A stretch of DNA of 64,000 bases from an uncultured Gemmatimonadaceae bacterium (GCA_963822945.1 CAWGJO010000001.1:1-64000), one strand, 5' to 3'. Counted from the stretch's first letter, positions 29,280 to 40,060 are shown. Program-made: numbers and translations. The notes: generated by a model from the letters alone, not told the origin.

Positions 29280-30076
29280 GCCGGGTGGCCGCGCTGGCGC
29301 GGGCGGACTGGATGGCGTTCGCCAGCTATCGGATCCGACTCCTGATGTCGGTGTTCGCCCTGCTGGCCACCGTCGTACCGCTCTACTTCGTTTCCGGCGC
29401 ACTGCAGCCGGTGATGGGACCGGTGATTCGCGACGAAGCGCACAACGCGTTCGGCTTCCTGCTGTTGGGCATTGCCGCGCTCTCGCTGGTCTCGACGGCG
29501 GTCAACGCGCTGCCGACGGAAGTGGGGGCCGGGATCAGCACGGGTACGCTGGAAGCGCTCCTCGCCACGCCGACCCCGCTACCGGCCCTCCTGCTCGGCA
29601 TGGTGGCGTTCACCGTGGAGTGGTCGGCGATCCGGGGCGTGATCTTCGTGGGCGCCGGATGGGCCCTGGGGGCGCAGCTCGTAGGGGCGCAGGTGGTTCC
29701 GGCGGCGGCAATCCTCCTGCTGCTCATGGCCGTACACTTTGCATTCGGATTGTGCGCGGCGGCCCTCGTGATCGCCTTTCGAACGTCTGCAGCAATTCCC
29801 AAGGCCGTGTTGTTCCTTTCCTCGCTGCTTGGCGGGGTGTACTACCCCACCCACGTGATTCCGTCGTGGCTGCAAACGGCATCGGCGCTTCTTCCCATGA
29901 CCTACGGCCTCCGCGCGCTGCGCCGGGTGCTCCTGCAGGGCCAGAGCCTGGCGGCGGTTGGCGCCGACGTGGGCATTCTGGCAGCTTTCGGGGTGTTCCT
30001 CACACTCGTTGGCGCCGTCGCTTTGATGGCCGCGCTTCGTTACGCGCGCTCGCACGGGACCCTCGCGCAGTACTAG
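29276..30076 (+). CDS. ABC-2 type exporter permease
   Basis: 6 TM segments, GTLEALLATP, LGGVYYP...PSWLQ...LPMTYGL; GTGA overlap. Confidence 0.9.
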   Translation: MSRVAALARADWMAFASYRIRLLMSVFALLATVVPLYFVSGALQPVMGPVIRDEAHNAFGFLLLGIAALSLVSTAVNALPTEVGAGISTGTLEALLATPTPLPALLLGMVAFTVEWSAIRGVIFVGAGWALGAQLVGAQVVPAAAILLLLMAVHFAFGLCAAALVIAFRTSAAIPKAVLFLSSLLGGVYYPTHVIPSWLQTASALLPMTYGLRALRRVLLQGQSLAAVGADVGILAAFGVFLTLVGAVALMAALRYARSHGTLAQY

Positions 30077-30078
30077 CG

Positions 30079-31284
30079 ATGGCGCCGCGATCGCGCAGTG
30101 CCGAAGCCGAGTTGGTGCTGGAGTGCGTGTGTGCACCGGCGTCGGCCGGCGGACCGACGGCGCCGACCCCGCACGCCGCCGATGTCGACTGGCTGCTGGT
30201 GGCACAACTCGCGGAACGGGAGCACCTCCTCGGCGTATTGTGGCCGGAGCTTTCGGCGGCGCACGTTGCGATCCCGGACACGATCGCCGCCGCAATGCGA
30301 CGTCAGGCGCTCGTCAGCGAGTTCCGCATGGCCGCACTCGAAGCGAAACTCGCGCAGGTGGTCCGCCTGCTCGCCGAACACGACATCCCGGTGATGCTCA
30401 TGAAGGGCGCGGCGCTCGCCACGACGCGCTACGGCTCGTTCGCCCAGCGCCCCATGGGCGACCTGGATTTGTTGGTACGCGAGGCCCAGGCGGAGGAGGC
30501 GTGGGAACTGCTGCACGGCGCCGGCTGGCGGCCCGAGCGGGAAGGCATGGACGGCTTCTACGCGAAGCACCAACACCTGTGCCCGCTGGTGGCCCCCGGT
30601 GGCGGCAACGTGGTCGTGGAGCTGCATCGGTGTCTGCTCTATCCCCACGGCCCGTTCCAGCTGCCCGAAGACGACGTGTGGACGGCGGCGTCGCCCGTGG
30701 ACGTCGGCGGACACACTGCCTGGGTGCCGTCCCCCGAGCACCTAGCACTGCACCTGTGCATCCACTTCGCATGGTCGCACGAGATGCGCTTCGGGTTGGG
30801 GCGGATGGTTCGGGACCTGGGCGTGCTGAGCCCCGTCGTCGACTGGGACCGCCTGGTTCGCTTGGCGCACGCCACGCATGCCGAGTCCTGCTGCTACTGG
30901 CCGTTGAGGCTGGCGGCATTGCTCGGCGGCGTGCCCGTGCCGCCCGAGGTGACGGCGTCGCTCGCTCCGCGTTCGCCGGCGTGGCTGCGGAATGCACTTG
31001 TGCGAGTCGTGATTACCGCCGCGCTCGATCCGCGACGGGAGTTCGTCCCGTCGATCCAACTCTGGCACTTCGCATGGGCGCTCGCCATCCGTCCCGGCGC
31101 GTCGGGGCACGGCGCGGCGAGGCCGTGGCGATACCGTGAAGATTTCGGGAAGTACACGCACGGGATCCCGCCGTTGCCGATTCTTCAACGGGTCCGCGTC
31201 CAGTTGGCCGCGCTCCCGTACTGGGCGCGCTTCTTCGGTGTTGCCATCGGAATGGGGCAACGGCGTCGGCGCCGGGGCAACTGA
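30079..31284 (+). CDS. Nucleotidyltransferase family protein (NTP_transf_5-like, lasso-cluster associated)
   Basis: MLMKGAAL...Y...RPMGDLDLLV, VELH, HLCIH, DW. Confidence 0.88.
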   Translation: MAPRSRSAEAELVLECVCAPASAGGPTAPTPHAADVDWLLVAQLAEREHLLGVLWPELSAAHVAIPDTIAAAMRRQALVSEFRMAALEAKLAQVVRLLAEHDIPVMLMKGAALATTRYGSFAQRPMGDLDLLVREAQAEEAWELLHGAGWRPEREGMDGFYAKHQHLCPLVAPGGGNVVVELHRCLLYPHGPFQLPEDDVWTAASPVDVGGHTAWVPSPEHLALHLCIHFAWSHEMRFGLGRMVRDLGVLSPVVDWDRLVRLAHATHAESCCYWPLRLAALLGGVPVPPEVTASLAPRSPAWLRNALVRVVITAALDPRREFVPSIQLWHFAWALAIRPGASGHGAARPWRYREDFGKYTHGIPPLPILQRVRVQLAALPYWARFFGVAIGMGQRRRRRGN

Positions 31285-31475
31285 CCACTCCGCCCCGTCG
31301 GGTTGCCGCGCCTCGCCGGTGCGTGTAGTTACCAAGCATCGAACCTCGGCTTCCGCTCCGGGTACCGACATTACGTGTCTGCCGATTCTCGTTCCCACAG
31401 GTCTTCTGAACCCCGGCTACGGGAGCGCTCGCTGCGAGTGAGCGTCGGTCGCGTCGCGCGCGCAAGCCCAAGCGC

Positions 31476-33239
31476 ATGGCGATGAACTGGTTCCGGCCCT
31501 TTCAGGATCTGTCGGAGTCCTCACCGTTCAGTGATGGCGGCAGCCCGGATCCCGGGCTCTCGGAGGAATCGCGCCGGCAGCGCCGGTTGATCGTCGACAC
31601 GATCGTGCTCGGGGTGATCGGCGCGCTGGCGGCGCAGCTGTTCATGCATCTGCTCGGGTGGGCGAACGACCTCTTCCTCTACCACCTCGCGGGGTATCAG
31701 CCGCCCGGCCTGCCGACGGAGCACGGGGACCTGGCGCAGCATATTGGCCGGTACGGCCTGTGGTTGATTCCCGTGGCGACCACCCTCGGCGGTCTGGTGG
31801 TGGGCTTCATGGTCCAGGGGCTGGCGCCGGAGGCCGAAGGCCACGGTACCGACACGGTGATTCGCGCCTACCACCAGCAGGACGGCATCCTGCGCGGCCG
31901 GGTGGCGCCGGTGAAGTTGGTCGCCTCGGCGATCACGATCGGTTCGGGGGGCGCGGCCGGGCGCGAAGGCCCGGTGGCGCTGATCACCGCCGGTGTCGGC
32001 TCGTGGTACGGTTCACTGGCCGGCCGCGACGCCGAGGACCGCCGGCTGCTGCTGCTCATCGGGATGGCGGCCGGCCTGTCCGCGATCTTTCGCTCGCCCA
32101 TCGGCACGGCGATCATGGCGGTCGAGGTGCTGTACTCCGACATGGAGTTCGAGCGCGGCGCCCTGTTGTACACGATGCTGGGCTCGATCATCGCGTATGC
32201 GGTGAACGGGATGTTCGTGGGATGGCTGCCGCTGTTTCAGATGCCGGGTCCGATCGCGCGACTCCATTCGCCATTGATGTACGGCTGGTACGTGGCGCTC
32301 GGCATCGCGGCGGGGGTACTGGGCACCGTGCTGCCGGCGGTCTTCTACGGCCTGCGCGACTGGTTCAAGGGGCTGCCCATCCAGCCCTTTCTTCGGCCGG
32401 CGCTGGGCGGCCTGCTCACCGGGCTCATCGCGCTTGCCTATCCGCAGGTGATCGGCGGGGGCTACGGGTGGATGCAGCAGGCCATCAACGGCCAGATCCT
32501 GCTGGGTACGCTGGCCGTGCTGGCGTTCGCCAAGATCTTCGCGATGAGTCTGTCGGTGGCCAGTGGAGGCTCGGGCGGCGTGTTCGCGCCGAGTCTGTTC
32601 GTGGGCGCGATGCTCGGCGGGGTGTTTGCCACGCTGCTCCACCAGCCGGCCGCCGCGTTCGTGGTGGTGGGCATGGCCGCGGTGTTCGCCGGTGCCGCGC
32701 ATCTGCCCATCGCCACGCTGATCATGGTGTCGGAGATGACGGGTGGCTACACGCTGCTCGTGCCCGCGGCGCTGGCCGTGATGATCAGCTACCTGGTGCA
32801 GTCGCGGCTCTCCTCGCGTCTGAAGTACGGGAGCATCTACGAGGCGCAGGTGCCCAACCGCGCCGAGTCGCCGGCGCACCGGCGGCAGCAGCTGCAGGCG
32901 GCGCTGCGCGTGCTCAAGCGGCAGGGGCTGCCCGATCTCTCCGACGTGGGCGAGCTGGACTTGTTCACGCTCATCAAGTCCGGATTGCCGGTGGAGCTGC
33001 CGGGCGGGCTGCAACTCGTGGCGGGAACGCTGCGTCCCGACAGCTCGATCGTGGGGTGCACGGTGGCCGACACGGTGCGGCGCCTGGAGACGCCGGATAC
33101 GTCCGTCATCGCCATCGTGCGCGGCGAGACGTTCGTGGTGCCGGCGGCCGACACCGTGCTGGAGGCACGCGACCGCCTGATCCTGGTGGTGGCGTTGTCG
33201 TCGGTGGACGCCGTGCGCCGCCATCTGGCGGCGTGGTAG
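31476..33239 (+). CDS. CLC family chloride channel/antiporter with C-terminal TrkA-C (RCK_C) domain
   Basis: EGHGTD, GGAAGREGP, GGSGGVFAPSLFVG, SEMTGGY, IYEAQ; C-terminal VIAIVRGE...DRLIL. Confidence 0.9.
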   Translation: MAMNWFRPFQDLSESSPFSDGGSPDPGLSEESRRQRRLIVDTIVLGVIGALAAQLFMHLLGWANDLFLYHLAGYQPPGLPTEHGDLAQHIGRYGLWLIPVATTLGGLVVGFMVQGLAPEAEGHGTDTVIRAYHQQDGILRGRVAPVKLVASAITIGSGGAAGREGPVALITAGVGSWYGSLAGRDAEDRRLLLLIGMAAGLSAIFRSPIGTAIMAVEVLYSDMEFERGALLYTMLGSIIAYAVNGMFVGWLPLFQMPGPIARLHSPLMYGWYVALGIAAGVLGTVLPAVFYGLRDWFKGLPIQPFLRPALGGLLTGLIALAYPQVIGGGYGWMQQAINGQILLGTLAVLAFAKIFAMSLSVASGGSGGVFAPSLFVGAMLGGVFATLLHQPAAAFVVVGMAAVFAGAAHLPIATLIMVSEMTGGYTLLVPAALAVMISYLVQSRLSSRLKYGSIYEAQVPNRAESPAHRRQQLQAALRVLKRQGLPDLSDVGELDLFTLIKSGLPVELPGGLQLVAGTLRPDSSIVGCTVADTVRRLETPDTSVIAIVRGETFVVPAADTVLEARDRLILVVALSSVDAVRRHLAAW

Positions 33240-33249
33240 CGGACCGGCG

Positions 33250-33657
33250 CTAGAGGCGGGCCCAGAAGAGTCCGTACATGAGGACCGCGAGCACGATGCC
33301 CGTGAGCAGCACGTACAGCCGGTCTCGCTGCACCAGGAAGGCCCCGAGCGTGAGCGCCACACGGGCGATCGGCGTGAGAATGAGCAGCACGAGGCCAAGC
33401 TGGACCATGGCCGCGCGCTGCCCCGCCGCCACCCCGCGCACGATGCCGGAGAGGCTGCTCAGGGTTGCGGGCACACCGCGGAAGGTCGCGTAGTCGGCGA
33501 TCTCCGTTCCGTGCTGGCGCAGGTACAACACGCCGGCGACCACGGTGACGATGGCTGCGGCCAGCACGCCGACCTGCAGCACGCGCCCGATGAGCTGGTC
33601 GATCTGGTAGTCGGTCCAGCGCGGTCCGCCCGTTCCTTCGTTGTGCGGTTCGGTCAT
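33250..33657 (-). CDS. DUF1634 family membrane protein
   Basis: IGRVLQVGV, QLGLVLLILTPIARV, RDRLY; typical partner of TauE. Confidence 0.85.
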   Translation of the reverse strand: MTEPHNEGTGGPRWTDYQIDQLIGRVLQVGVLAAAIVTVVAGVLYLRQHGTEIADYATFRGVPATLSSLSGIVRGVAAGQRAAMVQLGLVLLILTPIARVALTLGAFLVQRDRLYVLLTGIVLAVLMYGLFWARL

Positions 33658-34490
33658 ACGGCCCCCGTGATGCCTTTGTACAGCATCTCGGCCGCCAGGA
33701 TGATGAGGACGACCGTGAACAGACGCCGCAGCCACATGGTGTGAACCCTGGCGAGCAGCCGCGCGCCGGTCAGCGCGCCCGCCAGCACCCCCAGCATGAC
33801 GGGAAACGCGATGGTCGGATCGATGTAGCCCTCGTGCAGATAGATGCCGGCGCTGGCCGCGGCCGTGACGCCGATCATGAAGTTGCTCGTCGTCGCGGAC
33901 ACCTTGAACGGGAGCTTCATGACGCGATCCATCGTGAGCACCTTGATGACGCCCCCTCCGATCCCCAGCAGTGCCGAGAGCAGGCCGGCCAAGAACGACA
34001 GCCCGAGGCCGGCCGGTACCGCCTGCACCGAGTACGGCTGCATCCCCTCCATGGTGGGGTACGTCGAGTCCAGACGGAGCTTGCGCGCCCACTTGTCCGG
34101 CTGGTCGACCACGACGTGCTCGACGCGTGGGTGCAGCGATTGGTACGCCGAGTAGAGCAGGACGAGCCCGAACAGGACGGCCAGCCAGCTCGTCGGGATG
34201 ATGCCGGCGATGGAGGCGCCGACGAGCGCGCCGATGGTCGTGCCGGTTTCGAGCAGCATGCCGATGCGCACGTTGGTGAAGCCTTCACGGACGTAGGCGG
34301 CCGCGGCACCCGACGAGGTGGCGATCACCGACACCAGCGAAGCACCGATCGCGTAGCGAATGTCGACATGGAAGACCAGCGTCAGCATCGGCACGATGAC
34401 GAGGCCGCCGCCGAGACCGGTGAGCGAACCGAGCAGGCCGGCACAGACGGCGCCCGCGGCCACCAGAGCGGCAAAGGTGAGGACACTCAT
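33654..34490 (-). CDS. Sulfite exporter TauE/SafE family protein
   Basis: GSLTGLGGG, ASLVSVIATSSG, LLGIGGG, ATTSNFMIGVT. Confidence 0.9.
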   Translation of the reverse strand: MSVLTFAALVAAGAVCAGLLGSLTGLGGGLVIVPMLTLVFHVDIRYAIGASLVSVIATSSGAAAAYVREGFTNVRIGMLLETGTTIGALVGASIAGIIPTSWLAVLFGLVLLYSAYQSLHPRVEHVVVDQPDKWARKLRLDSTYPTMEGMQPYSVQAVPAGLGLSFLAGLLSALLGIGGGVIKVLTMDRVMKLPFKVSATTSNFMIGVTAAASAGIYLHEGYIDPTIAFPVMLGVLAGALTGARLLARVHTMWLRRLFTVVLIILAAEMLYKGITGAV

Positions 34491-34544
34491 CCGCCAAATC
34501 TCGCCCAGCCGAGGCTTCGCGCCAAGAAGGCCATCAAGGAAAGC

Positions 34545-36983
34545 TCAGGGTGCGGAAGTGCGCAGCCGCGCCAGCGTGTCGGGCAGGCCCAGCCTCTGGA
34601 GGATCGCGAGGAACTTCGGATTCGAGCGAATCGGATCGAAGATCGGTTCGGCGAGCGATTCGGCGGAGAGCAGCGGGGCATGGGCCCGGGCGGCGGTGTC
34701 GAGTGCCGCGAGGGCGCCCGCGGTGTCGCCGGTGCCGAGCAGGGCGTGGGCCGAGATCACTGCGGCATCCGGATTGTTGGCCGCGGCCGCGGCCCGGGCG
34801 ATGGCCCGAGCGCGCTGCGTGTCGCCCACGCGCGCGTAGGCATACGCGAGCATCGCATTCACCGCGCTGGACGTCGGGTTGCGGCGGGTGCCCATGGCGC
34901 CGGCGGCCTCCAGCGGGGCGAGCGCGGAGTCGGCATGGCCGCCGAACGCCTGCACGACGCCGAGGGCGAGTTGCGTGACGTAGTTGGTGGAGTCGAGCAC
35001 CATCGCCCGGCGGGCGGCGGCGAGCGCCGCGGTCTGGTTGCCGGCGATGCTGAGGGCCATGGCGTACGAGGCCAAGCCGGAGGCGGAGGTCTGGTCGAGC
35101 GTCGTCGCCCGGCGCAACTCACGCACCGCGTCGGTCACCTGGCCCTGGAGGAGGAGCGTTTCGCCCAGCCCCTGGTGAGCGATCGCGTCTCGCGGATTGA
35201 TGGATACGGCCTTGCGGTAGTCGCGTTCCGCGTCGGCCCATCGGAATTCGGCTTTGAAGAGCGCACCGCGTGCGGTGTACGCATCGGAGAGCGTGCTGTC
35301 GAGGGCGATGGCGCGCGTGGCGGCGGCGATGCCGAGCGACAGGAGCGAGTCGGACGGCGCCGGGTTGTACGTGGGGAGCAGGGAGTAGGCGTGCGCCGCG
35401 GCGGCGTAGGCTTTGGCAAAGGTCGAGTCGCGTCGCACCGCCCACCCGAGCGTGTCGAGGGCGCGGCGGAGCGCGCGCGCGCCCGGCCGGCTGATGAACC
35501 CGGTGGCGCGGGTGTAGGCCTCGTAGGCCGTGGGATCCTTGGTGCCGCGCTCGGCGACCAGTTGGGCTTGCGGCGCGAGCCGCGGCTCGAGGGCGGTGGC
35601 GATCGACATCGCGATGCTCTGCTGCACCGAGAACATGTCGCGCATCGTGGGATCGTACATGTCGGACCAGGCGATGAATCCGTCGTTCGTATTGACGAGG
35701 CTGGCCGCGATCCGGAGGGAGTCGCCCTGCATCTGCACGGTTCCCTCGAGCACGTATCCCACGTTGTACTTGGCGCCGAGCTCCTGCTGCGTGCGGTAGG
35801 GCGCGTTGTTCGTCGCGCCGGGAGGGATCGCGGCCACACGGATGCCGGGGATGCGCGTGAGGGCGTTCACCAATTCGGTGGTGATCCCGTCGGCGAGCGT
35901 CTGATCGCTGGAATCGGCGCCCTGATTGACGAACGGCATCACCAGCACCGAATGCGCGCGGAGGGAATCCGGGTTCTCGGCGGCCGTGGCGCTCTCGGCA
36001 TGGTCCCGCATGGTGACCACCGCCGCGGTGGCCCCCGCGGCGACCAGCACGAGGGCGACGACGATGCCGGTGAGCCGGCGCCGGGTTCGCGATCGCGCGG
36101 TGGCGGGCAGGGAATCGGTACTGATGATGGCCGGGTCGTCCAGCGCGTCGACGATCTCGCGTGCCGATTGCGGCCGCTCCTCGGGCTCCTTGGCCAGGCA
36201 CCGCATGATCAGCGTGGTGAGACGCGGGGGGAGCCCTTCGCGCACCTCGTCGAGCGGGCGCGGGGGCTTGGCCAGGTGCGCGGCCAGCAGCGCCTGCGGC
36301 GTGAGCGAGGCGAAGGGCGGGCCGCCGGTGAGCATCTCGTACGCCATTACGCCGAACGAGTAGATGTCGGCGCGGGCATCGACGTCGGGATCGGCGGCGA
36401 TCTGCTCGGGGGCCATGTAGGCGGGCGTGCCCACCGTGGTGCCCACCTGCGTGAGCACGCTGGACCGCGGGCCGCTGGGCGTGCGCTGCGCCGAGAGCAC
36501 GGCCTTGGCGACGCCGAAGTCGGTGACCATGGCCGAGCCCGACGCGAGCAGGACGTTGTCGGGTTTGATGTCGCGGTGCACGATGCCGCGTTCGTGCGCG
36601 TAGGCCAGCGCCCGCGCGACGTCGCGGAGGATGGTCACCACCTCGCGCACCGGCATCGGGCCCGAGGCCATCATGCGGGCCCGGAGCGACTCCCCCTCGA
36701 TGAACGGCATCGTGAAATACGGGAGGCCGTCCACCTCGCCGGCCGTGAGGACACCGACGATGTGCGGATTCTGGAGCGTAGCCGCCACCAGGATCTCGCG
36801 CATGAACCGTTCGAGTTGGACCGACGCGGCCAGCTCGGGCGACACGACCTTGACGGCGACGCGGCGGTTGAGCGCCTGATCGTACGCCACGAAGACGCGC
36901 GACATGCCGCCGCCACCGAGCTCACGCTCGATGGTGTAGGTGGGCCCGAGCTGCTGCTGCAACGCGTCGCGAATTTCGTTCAT
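34545..36983 (-). CDS. Ser/Thr protein kinase with TM segment, TolB-N-like and TPR domains
   Basis: ELGGGGMSRVF, VAVK, HRDIKPDN, TDFG, GTPAYMAPE, SVLVMPFVN, TPR-like repeats. Confidence 0.92.
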   Translation of the reverse strand: MNEIRDALQQQLGPTYTIERELGGGGMSRVFVAYDQALNRRVAVKVVSPELAASVQLERFMREILVAATLQNPHIVGVLTAGEVDGLPYFTMPFIEGESLRARMMASGPMPVREVVTILRDVARALAYAHERGIVHRDIKPDNVLLASGSAMVTDFGVAKAVLSAQRTPSGPRSSVLTQVGTTVGTPAYMAPEQIAADPDVDARADIYSFGVMAYEMLTGGPPFASLTPQALLAAHLAKPPRPLDEVREGLPPRLTTLIMRCLAKEPEERPQSAREIVDALDDPAIISTDSLPATARSRTRRRLTGIVVALVLVAAGATAAVVTMRDHAESATAAENPDSLRAHSVLVMPFVNQGADSSDQTLADGITTELVNALTRIPGIRVAAIPPGATNNAPYRTQQELGAKYNVGYVLEGTVQMQGDSLRIAASLVNTNDGFIAWSDMYDPTMRDMFSVQQSIAMSIATALEPRLAPQAQLVAERGTKDPTAYEAYTRATGFISRPGARALRRALDTLGWAVRRDSTFAKAYAAAAHAYSLLPTYNPAPSDSLLSLGIAAATRAIALDSTLSDAYTARGALFKAEFRWADAERDYRKAVSINPRDAIAHQGLGETLLLQGQVTDAVRELRRATTLDQTSASGLASYAMALSIAGNQTAALAAARRAMVLDSTNYVTQLALGVVQAFGGHADSALAPLEAAGAMGTRRNPTSSAVNAMLAYAYARVGDTQRARAIARAAAAANNPDAAVISAHALLGTGDTAGALAALDTAARAHAPLLSAESLAEPIFDPIRSNPKFLAILQRLGLPDTLARLRTSAP

Positions 36984-37145
36984 GCAAGATCGGTCGCTGA
37001 GAGCGCGCGTTCCGCGCGCCATCCCTGAGACAATGTCGAACTCCTCAAGGTTGGCCGCGGACTTGGCGCGGCCGCCCGGGGCCGCCGGTGCCCTGTGCGC
37101 CGGTCCTCCCAGGGATTATACGCCGCGCCGGTGCAAACTGCGGCA

Positions 37146-37646
37146 TCATGGCCGATGTTGGCGCGATACGCGCCACCGGCCCGTTTGTTCCACGCCGCCC
37201 TGCGTGCGGGTCACGAACGTGCCCGACACGACGTCGCCCGCGACGGTGCCCGTGAAGGTCGTGACCACCTGGCAGTCGCAGTCGGGCGCCACGTACGGTT
37301 CCAGTGTGCCCCGCACCCGGTCGCCCGAGAGGGCCACGAAGGCGATGCTCAGCATCTGCGGCGACCCGGCGTGCCGCAGGTGCTCCGCCGGCGTGTCCAC
37401 GGGACGTGCATACACGCCCTCCACCGGCGCCATGAGCACGTCGCCGAAGGCCGAGTCGCCCCGCTCCGTAATGTGGAAGGTGATGCTGCCCGCGCGGCCC
37501 GACTGCTCGCCCACGTACGTGCCGTCCCATTGACCGGCCAGTGCGGCGAGCGCCCCCGGCTCCGCCTGCACGGGCACGGGCACGGGCCGGTAGTGGCAGG
37601 CAGCGAGCAACAGGAGGGCAAGCGACCGAACGACGTGCCTCGACAT
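37146..37646 (-). CDS. Hypothetical lipoprotein (beta-barrel-like, CxC)
   Basis: Lipobox LAAC; LAGQWDGTY; PYVAPDCDC. Confidence 0.7.
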   Translation of the reverse strand: MSRHVVRSLALLLLAACHYRPVPVPVQAEPGALAALAGQWDGTYVGEQSGRAGSITFHITERGDSAFGDVLMAPVEGVYARPVDTPAEHLRHAGSPQMLSIAFVALSGDRVRGTLEPYVAPDCDCQVVTTFTGTVAGDVVSGTFVTRTQGGVEQTGRWRVSRQHRP

Positions 37647-37888
37647 GGGACCTCCCGGTCCGAACGGGCGCCGGTGCGTGACGCCACTGGGCAAACTGCG
37701 GCCCGTCGCGGCGCCGGTCTGTCGGGCGATGGGTCCAACCCTGCGGGGGAGCCGCCCGACGCGACCGCAGGTGCCGGACGGCGTCGTCGGAAGTCCCACA
37801 GAGGTTCGGCGGATCACCGACGGCGCGCGTCGGGGGGTATCTTCACATTGCGCTCGGCAACTCGATGCCACAACCCCGAGGAGGAGCT

Positions 37889-40060
37889 TTGACGGCCACC
37901 GACATCCCGACTTCCCGTGTTCCGGACGGGCCGGCCTCGTCGCCGTCCTCGGCGGTGACGCTGGGGCCCATTCTCGCGCCCACGAGCATCGCCGTGATCG
38001 GCGCGTCGCGCACGCCGGGCACCATCGGGCACCAGATCCTGAGCAATCTCATCACCGAAGGCTTCACGGGGGCCGTGTATCCGGTGAATGCGCGGGCACG
38101 CGCCGTCTGCTCGGTGCGGTCCGTGCCCGCGGTATCGGCCATTCCCGAGCCACCCGACCTGGCCGTGATCTGCGTGCCCAAGGAAGCCGTGGTGGACGTG
38201 GCCGACGAATGCGGAGCGATGGGCGTGCGCGGGCTGGTGGTGATCTCGGCGGGGTTCCGCGAGGTGGGAGGCGAGGGCGCGCCCCGCGAGCAGGCGCTGC
38301 TGCACCAGGCCCGACGCCACGGCATGCGGCTCGTCGGCCCCAACTGCATGGGCGTGGTGAACACGCATCCCAGCATCTCGATGAACGCCACCTTCGCGCC
38401 CGGCATGCCGCCGGCCGGCCACGCCGCGTTCGTGTCGCAGTCGGGCGCGCTGGGCGTGAGCTGCTGGACTATGCCCGGGAATACGGCATCGGCATCGCCC
38501 AATTCGCCTCGGTGGGGAACAAGGCCGACGTGAGCGGCAACGACCTGCTGGAGCACTGGGAGCACGACGACCACGTGCGCGTGATCCTGATGTACGTCGA
38601 GAACTTCGGCAATCCGCGGCGATTCCTGGAGATCGCCTCGCGCATCACGCGGCACAAGCCGATCATCGTGGTCAAGTCGGGGCGGTCGCGGGCCGGCGCG
38701 CGCGCGGCGTGGTCGCACACCGGCGCCCTGGCGGCCAGCGACACGCGCGGTGGACGCGCTGCTCACCCAGGCCGGCGTGTTGCGCGCGGGGTCGGTGGAG
38801 GAACTGTTCGACATGGCGATGGCGCTCGGCGTCACCGGCGCTGCCGGCGTCGCGTCGTACGGCGGTGGTGACGAACGCCGGCGGGCCCGGCATTCTGGCC
38901 GCCGACGCGCTCGAGCGGCGCGGGCTGGACGTGGTGGAACTGAGCGCCGGCACGGTCGCGAAGCTGCGGCCGATGTTTCCGGCCGAAGCGTCGATGCGCA
39001 ATCCGCTCGACATGATCGCGTCGGCGACGCCGCAGGGGTACCGGGCGGCGGTCACGACGCATGCTCGAAGATCCGGGCATCGACGCCGTGGTGCCGATCT
39101 TCATTCCGCCGCTCAACACCGAGCAGGAGGCGGTGGCCGAGGCGATCGCTGGCGGCGGCGCCACCAACCGCGACAAGCCGGTGCTGCCGGTGCTGATGGG
39201 ACGGCGCGGGCTGCCCGAAGGGCGGGCCGAACTGCACGCTGCCGGGATCCCGGCCTACGTGTTTCCCGAATCGGCGGCGCGGGCGCTGGCGGCGCTCAAC
39301 CGCTATCGCGAGTGGATGTCGCGGCCCGTGCTCGCCCCGCCATCGCTCGACGTGGACCGTGAGGCCGCCGCGTCGATCCTGCAACGGGCGGTCGCGGAGC
39401 ATCGCGGGCACCTGGGCGAGCTCGAGGCGCTGCAACTGCTGGCGAGCTACGGCGTCCCCATGGCCGACGCGCGCGTGGCCACGGGGCCGGAGGCGGCGGT
39501 GGAGGCAGCGCGTGCCATCGGGTTCCCGGTGGTGCTGAAGATCGTGTCGCCCGACGTGGTGCATAAGAGCGACGTCGGGGGCGTACGCGTGGGCGTGCGT
39601 TCGCCCGACGAAGTCCGGTCGGCCTACGACGCGATGGTCGAAGGGGTGGCCGCGCACGTTCCCGGCGCGAAGGTGGACGGCGTTCTCGTGCAGCGACAAC
39701 TCACGGGCGGCCGCGAGACGATTCTCGGCGTGGTGCGCGATCCCGAGTTCGGGCCGTTGGTGATGTTCGGGCTCGGCGGGGTGTTCGTGGAGGTGATGCG
39801 GGACGTGGTGTTCCGCATTCCGCCGTTGGACGAGCGTACCGCCGACGAGATGGTGCGCTCCATTCGCGCGATCGGCATCCTGACCGGCGCGCGGGGCACG
39901 CGCGCCGTCGGACATCCCCGCGATCGCCGACGCGCTGCGGCGCGCTGGGACAGCTGGCGGAGGACCATCCGGAGATCGTGGAGCTGGACGTGAACCCCCT
40001 CATGGCGATGGAGGAGGGCGCCGTGGCGCTGGACGCGCGGGTGCGGCTATGCCGCCGGGC
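37889..40060 (+). CDS. Acetate--CoA ligase (ADP-forming) / acyl-CoA synthetase family, interrupted by about 6 frameshifts (probably sequence errors); 3' end approximate
   Basis: Contiguous homologous blocks in alternating frames: IAVIGAS, VGPNCMG, SQSGA, SVGNKADV, SHTGALA, VTNAGGPG, NPLD, HKSDVGGV, FGPLVMFGLGG, ELDVNPL...DARV; RBS GAGGAGG before TTG. Confidence 0.8.

Noticed and set aside
31440..31550. GGCGATG upstream/at the start of the CLC gene suggested a fluoride riboswitch
   Set aside because: The downstream pairing and the TGATGAC element are missing, and the protein has GREGP rather than the GREGT signature of fluoride-specific CLCs.
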